This document shows positions 1 through 8,490 of a DNA stretch of 64,000 nucleotides, piece after piece. Below the pieces are notes generated by a model. It had not been told where the DNA came from, did no database searches, and worked only from the letters and a program-made list of their open reading frames with translations. Numbering within the stretch: the first letter of the stretch is position 1; every line of letters begins with the position of its first letter. Where the stretch lies: the NCBI GenBank assembly GCA_965261545.1, contig CBDHDF010000006.1:1-64000 (forward strand), in the 5' to 3' direction. A program made the translations under genes and the position numbers. This stretch comes from Bdellovibrionales bacterium. GTDB taxonomy: Bacteria > Bdellovibrionota > Bdellovibrionia > Bdellovibrionales > UBA1609.

Positions 1-127
1 AACTGGGCCACAGGAAGGCTTGGAGGCTCCGCAGAGCAAATTTCAGGAGAACATGAAGATGAACATGACTCTGCTTCTGAGCACACCGAAAAGGCTGGAG
101 ATTTTGGCTCTATACCTCCTGTACGCC

Positions 128-2678
128 CAATGGCATTCGTTTAGTGAGAGATCCCATTCGGTTAAGGATTTGAACCTCTAACTCCTCGGGGGTGGGCTAA
201 CCCCAAGTTTTTTTCTTTGATCCATGTGATTATCCGTTGGCCATAGCCCCCCTAACCTCTTTACTGGGTCTCCATACTCCGATGGGTTTTCTAGAAACTC
301 GGTCGTAATGCCTATTCGGACGTAGCCTTTGTCGGCAGGTCTTCATATTTGTAATGATGCAATTGAGGGTTTTACTAAGCACTACCTTTTGTTGAAGAAA
401 AAGACCTTCAATATTTCTTGCAATTGTCAGTAAATTGTTTTTAAAGTTTGTCTGCATGGTTTATTTTTTACTATGGGATTGAGATGTATTAAGACGGTCT
501 TCCGTGTAGTTGGAAAATAATCTTGTCAGAGTGATAAGTGTGAAGTGTGCAAACAATTCTTGTTTGACTCCCCTTTCACTTTGAGAATGAAACTCTTCAA
601 TGGTCATCAGTTCTTTGGATATTTTGTACAGTTCCTCTATACTCCAGCGTCCATGATAGAGATTGGCCAGATCATCAATGGAATATTTTTTTTGATTCAT
701 TAAGGTTGTTCCTAGAACAAAAGTAGTTTGTCCAATTTTGTGTTTGATCAAACGCAAATCGTAGGCTTTGAAGTCGTCTTGTGGCTTTTTTTTATGTAGT
801 TCTTTCAGAATTTGCTTGCTAGGAATGACTTGGATCACTGAGTCTTTTTGATCATTATTAATAAATTCATCAAAAACAGTGTTGGCATTTCTCCTTATCC
901 TAAACACCGCATGCAGACTTCGCACCTTATGCTCATGAAGCATTTCGTAGGAATAATAGCCACGATCATAAACCACAACATCGTTTTCAAACAATTTTTT
1001 GAAATGAGTTTGTGCAGCCTTTCTCTCATTGTTATGGGCAAAGAGATCAAAATCCACAGGAATCTTCGACTGTAGTTGGTACAGGCAACTGACAAGACCT
1101 TGAGGGTACCATGCTTTTTCCCATGGTTGCTGATACCCATTATCTACGAGTTGACGTGGTAAATTTATTTTCGATCCATCCACTGCGAAAACCTTATGGC
1201 CCTTCCATAAGGTACTAGAATTGGATATACCGTCTTGTTTAAGAATTTCATCATGCAAAACTTTAAATATATTTTCATCTACTTTAGCCCGTGCACTACA
1301 CATAGTGGATGCCCGAACTGGTTTAGGTTGAGGGAGTTCAATGTCTAATATGCGACACTGCTCCCAAAGTTCAATCAAAGTTGTATCATAACCTTGTTTT
1401 CCTTTAGAGAAAACAAGTCGGAAGATGAAAAGTATAATCAACAATGTATTCAAGACACGCTGACGCTTTTGCCAGGTTCGGTCGTACTCATCTGCAATGA
1501 TAACCACTGTCTTGATGATGTTTTGCCAAAGATGCACAAAAGAGTCCTCTAGCATAGGCTCAGCCAAGTTCTTATGTGGCTTGATGGTGGGTTTCCCGAC
1601 GGGTTTCTTGATAGCGCATTGGGGGCCATTCAATAAGATAGACTGATAATTCTTTGTCAGAGGTTGAACATAAACACCTTTTTGAGTTTTTCCCTTTACA
1701 TTTTTGTAGGCACGACTCCCATTTGTTTTGCCCAAATAAAGCCAGTTGGCAGCACGATAGCTCGTGGCATTAAATTTGGTAAGGTCGACAAAAGTCTCCA
1801 TGAGTACAGGTTTGAAAGCATGTTTTAACTCCCAGTCTGTGGGAAGTTGGCGAGTTGCCATAGATAAAGCCATCGAAGCAAGATGGCGAACCTTTACCCA
1901 GGGAAAGATCAAAAATCGACTATTGTTCACCACTAAATTCAAGTGCTTTTTGTAAGCTCGATTTTGCCAACCGATCCATTCATCACGGCAAGGCAAAGTG
2001 GATGTGCCAGCTTCAAATAAAAGACAACCCAATCTTCGCCCACAATTATCTAAGATGAAATAGCGTAAGTGGGGACCAAAGGGACGTCTGTAATTGAGAT
2101 AATGATGCCGATCGACAACTTCATTCCATTCCTTAATGGCCTCTTGATCAGTTACGATTTGCAAAGAAAGTGGGGTCAATGAGTCTAGTTTATCGTTGAT
2201 GAGAGGCTTTTCATCTGTTCGGTGTGTCCAAGTGATTTTTTTGGAGGGGACACTCCGCTTTGACATGTCTTTTTCTGGCAGGGATAGAATGTCAAGTTCC
2301 TCTAGCGTCTCAAGCATACGAAGGCACGATTGGATGCGATGATCACTTTGGGAGTTAGCCAACCAAGATGTTCACAAACTGTATAACCCAGTTCACGGCG
2401 ACTTAAAGAAGGAAATAGCGCCACCGTCTTTTGAATGTCGGCAATTTGCTTGCGCGTCAAGCGTCTTCCAAAAAAAGTTGTTGAAGGCAATGTCTCTATG
2501 CGTGGGTCCATTTGAGTCTCTCCCCTTTGGGAATGGTTCAAATATAATATGACACAACGATGGGGTGGACTCAAGTATTTTTTTTCGGAAAAAAAAAAGA
2601 TAAAAGCCCCCTTAACTCAGTATGTTAGAGGGAGTCAGAAAAATGTGGAAAAACCTTCTGCAAAAACGAATGCCATTG
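128..2678 (-). mobile_element. IS4-family insertion sequence 'IS4-A', copy 1 (DUF4338-transposase fusion)
   Basis: Terminal inverted repeats CAATGGCATTCGTTT (128-142) and AAACGAATGCCATTG (2664-2678); near-identical to 57942-61088; encodes DDE motifs; no 10-bp target duplication in its flanks. Confidence 0.93.
230..2511 (-). pseudogene. DUF4338 (DruA/Mom-like) + IS4 DDE transposase fusion, about 760 aa when repaired
   Basis: ATG 2511 after an AAAGGGGAGA RBS. 1-bp deletion near 2346 and CAA>TAA at 461-463 relative to copy 2. Motifs HHYL, NNSRFLIFPW, ETFVD, YRAANW, then AVDGS, VYDRGY, YHGRWSIEE. Confidence 0.88.
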
Positions 2679-2837
2679 GCCCATCGGGGACTTAGTCACT
2701 GAGTCATTGTCGACACAAAGTAGTACAAACTTAAACTCCTAGACTTTGCGGGAGTTCCTGAGTGTCGTTTACTTATGACCCAATACGAATAGGCCCGAGA
2801 ACTGCGGACTCTCCAGTTACAAAGTAAATGCGACGGA

Positions 2838-3389
2838 CTATGGAATGGGATGAATATGAAGACGCTTCTGTGCTGACGGGCTTTTAACAATTTTTTCCCC
2901 TACTGTTTGACCGATATTAAGTACCAGTAAATGGGAAACTCTTAAACCCCCTACCCATAAAGAGTTTTGATTATTTCTACGGACGGGAAGCTGAACCAAA
3001 ATGAGAAAATGTCCTTGTGAACACTTAAGAGTTTGTTTCTCTTCCATGGAGCTAGAGATAAGGGAGCTATTGACATAGAGTTCCCACGTTATCATATGGT
3101 CCTGAAAACCCCCCTCATTGCAATCACCAGAGATATTGAATTGAGATTGATGGGGTTGAAGAAAAATTTCCGACGATGGAGAATAGACAATGAGACTCAG
3201 AAGGTCTTCCTTTGGTTCGCTGCACTTATTGGCATCAACATCAATGCAATGGCTGCTGGATTCAACAACAGCAGGTTCTTCTACATTTTGACAATTTAGA
3301 AACATGACCATTATAAAAGAAAGAAGTAGACTAAGCCCTCCAAGTCCAAAATAATTTCTGCGATTCTTACTTTTTGCCATAAGGTCCAT
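2838..3389 (-). CDS. Hypothetical exported/lipoprotein (FLNC-type signal)
   Basis: 183-aa ORF; basic N-terminus, hydrophobic stretch, then MFLNC; several Cys. Confidence 0.7.
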   Translation of the reverse strand: MDLMAKSKNRRNYFGLGGLSLLLSFIMVMFLNCQNVEEPAVVESSSHCIDVDANKCSEPKEDLLSLIVYSPSSEIFLQPHQSQFNISGDCNEGGFQDHMITWELYVNSSLISSSMEEKQTLKCSQGHFLILVQLPVRRNNQNSLWVGGLRVSHLLVLNIGQTVGEKIVKSPSAQKRLHIHPIP

Positions 3390-3506
3390 TCTTTCGTCGC
3401 TCTTCTCCTGTACTATAGGCTTATCGGCCTTATCGACTCATTGAGAGGAATACTTGAGAAAAATTCGACTTCCTGTTTTTTTTTCAAAATTTGCTTTATT
3501 TTTTTC

Positions 3507-3536
3507 TTGAATTGTATGGAAAGAGCAATATATCAT
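3507..3536 (+). promoter_or_regulatory. Putative sigma70 promoter
   Basis: TTGAAT (3507) - 18 nt - TATCAT (3531) with an AT-rich upstream tract; lies upstream of the structured leader and grxC. Confidence 0.35.
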
Positions 3537-3775
3537 ACGTGTGGTAACCTTCATGGGGGCGTCTTGCTTCCCCACCCAGCCCATGAATGTTGTGTATTAA
3601 AATAGGATTTATTAATAAATCCAGTATTTTAGACTAAAAACATTCATAGTAACTGCTCAGGGGGAGGGGAAGAGTTCAAGAAATAGTGCCTCTTCTTACA
3701 AGAAGAACTGTAAACCCCTTTTTGTAAACTCGTGTCTACCTGAGCAGTTACAAGCCACCCAACGAAGGAGTCAGA

Positions 3776-4039
3776 ATGTCAGCTAGAGTGAAGTTATATT
3801 CCATGCAGCATTGTCCATTTTGTGATCGAGCCAAACGCCTTTTAGATGACAAAGAAATCAACCACGAAGTGATTGACCTTACTTCTCAACCTGAAGAACT
3901 AGAGAAGCTCAGAAAACGAACGGGAATGAGAACCGTTCCTCAAATCTTTATCAATGATGAGCTTATTGGTGGATTTCAAGAGCTTTCCGCTATGGAGTCC
4001 AGCGGCGAACTTAAGAAAAAGCTTGAGGGAAAGCCATAA
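3776..4039 (+). CDS. grxC: Glutaredoxin 3-like
   Basis: CPFC active site, TVPQIFI, IGGF; AAGGAG RBS. Confidence 0.93.
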   Translation: MSARVKLYSMQHCPFCDRAKRLLDDKEINHEVIDLTSQPEELEKLRKRTGMRTVPQIFINDELIGGFQELSAMESSGELKKKLEGKP

Positions 4040-4173
4040 CAACGAGATAGAAATCTTGATTCATTCGATTCTTCTCTTGCATGACTTGAAACATACAAAG
4101 CATAAAAAAATTAATATAAAAAAATGTAAAATTAAATAAATACACTAGCGTACATAGTAAGGGGGATAAAAAC

Positions 4174-5214
4174 ATGCAAAAAATTTATTGGTATCTCATT
4201 TTAGTATCCTGTGGCTTCTTGATGTCATGTGCCGTGCCTGTGCAGCACACTGACAGGCCCAACCAAAGTCAAGGGGAGTCTAGCTCCTTCCATCGAACCA
4301 CTGAACATTCTTGCCATGGCAAAAGACCATGCCAAAAGTATAAACATGATGACTCCATTATTCAACATGAGCTGAATCTTTGGCAACAGCCCCACGCTGA
4401 TGTTGATCCACAGGGTTTAAATACAATACTTCCCCTGGACAAAAAGATTCACTTGACTTTGGCTGAAGAGTCCACACTTCATCCTCCCTTGCATGAAAGA
4501 AAATATGGTGAACACAAGTGCAAGGGTCATGGAAAGAAGCACGGTGAACACAAGTGCAAGGGTCATGGAAAGAAGCACGGTGAACACAAATGCAAGGGTC
4601 ATGGAAAGAAGCACGGTGAACACAAATGCAAGGGTCATGGAAAGAAGCACGGTGAACACAAATGCAAGGGTCATGGAAAGAAGCACGGTGAACACAAATG
4701 CAAGGGTCATGGAAAGAAGCATGGTGAACACAAGTGCAAGGGTCATGGAAAGAAGCATGGTGAACACAAGTGCAAGGGGGGTCATGGAAAGAAGCATGGT
4801 GAACACAAGTGCAAGGGACTTCGAGGACATCATGAGAACGCAAAGAAGCGCTTTGCCAGAGTTCTCGTACAAGTTCCTAAAGGAGGGCTTTACAGGGTTT
4901 CCATGAAACATCGTCATTGGGTGAACATCATTGATAAAACCTCTGGCAAACTTATACCACCTTATAAGCATTTTCTTATCAAATCAGAGGTCATTAAAAA
5001 AGTTGTTGAATACAGTTTGGCAGAGGGCACGCCCTATATGCTCGAAGTCTCTAGCCGCCATGCCTCCCCTTTGGCTCTGATGGTTTCTCAACACCAACCT
5101 GCGCCGGCGTCGCCGCCTCCTGCGCCAATGAATAAACCTTACATTACACCACCAGCCCAAGGCGACTCAACCCAAGAGCCAAAGGATGGTACTGATACAA
5201 AAGAAGAAAAATAA
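4174..5214 (+). CDS. Lipoprotein with His/Cys/Lys tandem repeat (putative metal-binding)
   Basis: Lipobox LMSC; nine GEHKCKG(HGKKH) units; globular C-terminal domain; Pro-rich tail. Confidence 0.85.
   Translation: MQKIYWYLILVSCGFLMSCAVPVQHTDRPNQSQGESSSFHRTTEHSCHGKRPCQKYKHDDSIIQHELNLWQQPHADVDPQGLNTILPLDKKIHLTLAEESTLHPPLHERKYGEHKCKGHGKKHGEHKCKGHGKKHGEHKCKGHGKKHGEHKCKGHGKKHGEHKCKGHGKKHGEHKCKGHGKKHGEHKCKGHGKKHGEHKCKGGHGKKHGEHKCKGLRGHHENAKKRFARVLVQVPKGGLYRVSMKHRHWVNIIDKTSGKLIPPYKHFLIKSEVIKKVVEYSLAEGTPYMLEVSSRHASPLALMVSQHQPAPASPPPAPMNKPYITPPAQGDSTQEPKDGTDTKEEK
4507..4818 (+). repeat. 36-bp coding tandem repeat, 9 units (last one partial)
   Basis: Unit GGTGAACACAARTGCAAGGGTCATGGAAAGAAGCAY starting at 4507, 4543 ... 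4759 (39-bp unit) and 4798. Confidence 0.97.
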
Positions 5215-5261
5215 GTAACCTTTCATGGGGGCGGGCGCAGGGCTTCTCCACACCGCAAAAG

Positions 5262-5293
5262 AAAAAAAGAGGGAGCCCATAGAAAGGCTCCCT
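5262..5293 (-). terminator. Rho-independent terminator of the TonB receptor gene
   Basis: Stem AGGGAGCC/GGCTCCCT (5270-5277/5286-5293) with an A-tract on its left (U-tract on the minus strand); between convergent genes. Confidence 0.7.
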
Positions 5294-5357
5294 TAAAATT
5301 GTGATTATTTATGGTTATAATCACTTAGTTAAAAAGTGAATGGAAGATTAAGATTAT

Positions 5358-7979
5358 CTAGAAAGTATAAATACCTTTAAGGTACCAAGAACCGCCATCA
5401 TAGGAAGCGGCACTAAGTGTGGAGTAGGGAAACCCAACAGTGTGAAAGCCCGCTGTATTTTCTCCCTTAACTTCTGTGGGATAAGTGTTCAAGAAATTAT
5501 TGGCACCAAACACAAGGCTCAGGTCATTCATCACATTATAGGTCACCTCAAAGTCAAGAAACAGTGTGGAATCAATCTCTTGGGATCTATTCTTCCCATT
5601 GTCATCACCAGCAATAGTCCCCATATCATCGTAGTGAGCCCCAATATATCGGGCTCTCAGAAGAAGGTCCCAATCTCTTGCAACACGAGTGCGAGAAGTG
5701 ACTATGAATTTATTGGTGGGGTAAGTATTCTCAATATCTTCGATGACATCATCTCTAACCACTTGTACATCATTGATCTTCCGAGTGCCTGTCACATCGA
5801 CCATATTCATATTGTAGGCCAAAGAAACGGATGTGAGAAATTTAGGAATATGAGTGGTCCAAACAAGATCCAAGCCTGTATGGCGAGTGTCTAGAGCATT
5901 GGTATAAAAGGACCAGTCATTGACCACATTTTCACTATTCTGAATCGAACCCTCAATTTCGTTGCGATAAATACGGTCCGTGACAAGGGTCTGATAAATA
6001 TCGGCACTCAATCTCATATTCTTGGAAATTCGAGAAACAGCACCAACACTGGCGTTGATAGACTTCTCCTCAGCAAGAGCTCTTCCTCCCAGTTCCAAAG
6101 CCTTCTCACTTTCGGGTGGTATATGTCGAACGTGAATTTCTTCAATGTCGTCATCACTTGTGTCCCTATCGGCAAAATCTGTCAGTGTTGCTCTCAAGTT
6201 GGCTTGCCCTGGAGTGGGGGCACGAAAACCCGTAGAGAGAGATCCTCTTAAGGCAAGGGCAGGGGACCAACTATAGTGACCTGCTAGCTTACCCGTCAAT
6301 GTGCTTCCAAAATTTGTATATTGCTCAAATCTTAGGGCATATTGCATGAAGAGGTCATCGGTCATCCCGTGCTCAAAATCTGTATAAGCGGCAAAACTTG
6401 TGCTGTCATAGGTGCCTGCATCGGCAAGCTTTGTTCCCGGCATTCCGCTCACGCCTCCACCGACGCGGGCAGGGTAACTCCCTGGGTATTGGGTATAAAT
6501 TTCTTGACGCACTTCGAGGCCATAGGTCCAAACCATATTATTAATATAATCATCAAGATTTTTAGAAAAATCGGCATTGAATCGCATTTCTTCTTGTTTG
6601 AGATCTGCTGTATCAAAGCTTCTGACAGCACGGCCTCCATCATCCAAAGGTGCATTGGGATTGAGAGAATTTTTCAGTGTGTAATCCATGGTGTTCATAC
6701 CCATAGCCACACTCAAATCGTATTTGTGACCCCACGGGCCCTCGTCCCCCTTTAAACCCGCTGTCACACTAAAGTCATTCTGGTCCCCTTCAAGAAAGGG
6801 AGTGAAGCCAAGTTGATGAACTTCTTGAAGATTGACCGGCACCGGCGAGGACGAAAGAGAGTTGGTTCCTGTAAGGGCACGATTCTCTATATTGCGATAA
6901 AAAAAAGACCAATCTCCCTTGGTGCGAGAGTAGTTACCAAAAGCGTATAAATGCCTATCTCCACGGAGCTTACAAGAAGAGTTGGCAAAAAAGCGAGTTC
7001 CAGAAAGAGCGGGCCGCCCCCAAGTTTGGGCGTATTTGTCATTGTTAAAGTGATTTCCCTGGAAGGGAAGCCCTTGATCAATCAAAGCCTGTGCATCAGG
7101 GTGCTGTTTCCCACGGGAAAGATGCTCCGCACTATTTGTATCCATGGAGAGGTTGAGAAAGCCATTGTCACAAAGCTTCGTTCCCATATTGGCACTAAGA
7201 CGCCAATTTTGCTCTCCCTCAAAGTGATTTCCATAAACCATTTCCATGGAGCCACCGCTGGAGGCATCCTTAAGAGAAAAGTTAACCACCCCTGCCATGG
7301 CATCTGAGCCATATTGGGCCGCCGCTCCATCTCGAAGAACTTCAATACCCTTAATGGCAATGATGGGTATCATACCAATATCCGCCCCATGGGCCCCCCT
7401 ATTGGCGGGAGAAGCAAAAAGGTGAAGAACTGATGAACGATGGCGACGCTTTCCGTTGAGCATCACCAAGGTCTGATCCGCAGTTCCTCCCCTCATGGTG
7501 GTGGGAACGACAAAAGCACTTCCATCAAAGGCACGCCCCGATGAAAAGGAGGGGATCAGTGCCTCAAGGCTTTGAATCATACTGCCGCCTCCCCCAACAG
7601 AAGAAATATCACTGCTATCAAAAACATCAATAGGAGTTGTGGAATTGCCTGCAGAACGAGTTCCAGAGCGAGTCCCTAGAACGAGAATCTGCTCATAACT
7701 GCTTCCTTGGTCTTCTAAATCTTGCTTCTCTAAACCTTGTTTCCTCAAATCTTGACTGTCTTCAAACCGTGCTTGGGCTTTATGGGGAACTTCACTTTCT
7801 GATGAACCTGCTGATGAACCTGAAGTACTCTCTGCTGAGTCGGGAGCCTCGGTCTTACTATTTGGATTGTCTGCGCTATGGACCGAACCTCCAAAAACAA
7901 CACCCAAGACCAGCAAAGAGACGGCAAGAAAAAACGATCTTAATGACCTTGGTGACTTTAATGATGATTGATACTTCAT
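5358..7979 (-). CDS. TonB-dependent outer-membrane receptor
   Basis: ATG 7979 after GGAGG; signal peptide; plug motifs LVMLNGKRRH and IEVLRDGAAAQYGSDAMAGVVN; C-terminal YTF. Confidence 0.95.
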   Translation of the reverse strand: MKYQSSLKSPRSLRSFFLAVSLLVLGVVFGGSVHSADNPNSKTEAPDSAESTSGSSAGSSESEVPHKAQARFEDSQDLRKQGLEKQDLEDQGSSYEQILVLGTRSGTRSAGNSTTPIDVFDSSDISSVGGGGSMIQSLEALIPSFSSGRAFDGSAFVVPTTMRGGTADQTLVMLNGKRRHRSSVLHLFASPANRGAHGADIGMIPIIAIKGIEVLRDGAAAQYGSDAMAGVVNFSLKDASSGGSMEMVYGNHFEGEQNWRLSANMGTKLCDNGFLNLSMDTNSAEHLSRGKQHPDAQALIDQGLPFQGNHFNNDKYAQTWGRPALSGTRFFANSSCKLRGDRHLYAFGNYSRTKGDWSFFYRNIENRALTGTNSLSSSPVPVNLQEVHQLGFTPFLEGDQNDFSVTAGLKGDEGPWGHKYDLSVAMGMNTMDYTLKNSLNPNAPLDDGGRAVRSFDTADLKQEEMRFNADFSKNLDDYINNMVWTYGLEVRQEIYTQYPGSYPARVGGGVSGMPGTKLADAGTYDSTSFAAYTDFEHGMTDDLFMQYALRFEQYTNFGSTLTGKLAGHYSWSPALALRGSLSTGFRAPTPGQANLRATLTDFADRDTSDDDIEEIHVRHIPPESEKALELGGRALAEEKSINASVGAVSRISKNMRLSADIYQTLVTDRIYRNEIEGSIQNSENVVNDWSFYTNALDTRHTGLDLVWTTHIPKFLTSVSLAYNMNMVDVTGTRKINDVQVVRDDVIEDIENTYPTNKFIVTSRTRVARDWDLLLRARYIGAHYDDMGTIAGDDNGKNRSQEIDSTLFLDFEVTYNVMNDLSLVFGANNFLNTYPTEVKGENTAGFHTVGFPYSTLSAASYDGGSWYLKGIYTF

Positions 7980-8130
7980 GAATATACCTCCCATGATACC
8001 CTCAGTAATTGAGGTTGGTGATGAGTTTATTGTACAAATATGGTTTAAAACACTTTTATGAAATGAGTCCTCTTTATTTGTCTCATACAGTAAGAATTCC
8101 CATAAAATCAAGAAAGTTCACTCAAGCAAA

Positions 8131-8322
8131 CTAGCGAAGGGGCTTCTTTGGAGCACCTGCTTTGGTTCCAGTATGATTTTTCCAATTCATTTCAATGCTT
8201 GATACGTAGCGTTTTTCCCAAGCTTCCCACTTGGACTTAGAAAGATTATGACGTACGCCCCCTTCTGCATCAAAGATATTAGGGTTCTTACCAAATAAGA
8301 AATTTCGTATTGTTGAAAACAA
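8131..8322 (-). CDS. Small hypothetical protein
   Basis: 63-aa ORF (TTG start) in an otherwise empty interval; protein-like composition; purine-rich RBS. Confidence 0.55.
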   Translation of the reverse strand: MFSTIRNFLFGKNPNIFDAEGGVRHNLSKSKWEAWEKRYVSSIEMNWKNHTGTKAGAPKKPLR

Positions 8323-8490
8323 AATCCCTATCCTTTGCTTATTTTAATGCTTTGCTTATCTCATTTATTTAGTTTCCTAATAGACTTATCTACTGTATAA
8401 GAGAATATGTCAAGGCGGCTCAAGCAAACAAACAAACAAACAAATTCAAGCCGGCCCATGTCATCAATTTTATTGACTCAAGAGGAATTC

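Noticed and set aside
1..127. Open plus-strand frame (NWATGRLGG...PPVR) running into IS4-A copy 1
   Set aside because: May be an interrupted gene, but it is too short and has no convincing continuation after 2678
160..207. tRNA-like sequence (GGTTCAAATCC on the minus strand) inside the IS4-A end, repeated in copy 2
   Set aside because: Only a T-arm-like motif and a short stem; no D or anticodon arms; too short
230..2511. Druantia anti-phage system
   Set aside because: Only a DUF4338-like domain inside an IS; no DruE helicase or other dru genes
4507..4818. 36-bp repeats as a CRISPR array
   Set aside because: Units are contiguous with no spacers, stay in frame in a CDS, and no cas genes are present
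4358..4971. Alternative-frame repeat ORFs and the many antisense ORFs across the track
   Set aside because: They are shadows of stop-free repeats or of well-supported genes on the other strand or frame
4174..5214. RiPP cluster around the Cys-repeat protein
   Set aside because: No modifying enzyme (DUF692, radical SAM, YcaO) is adjacent
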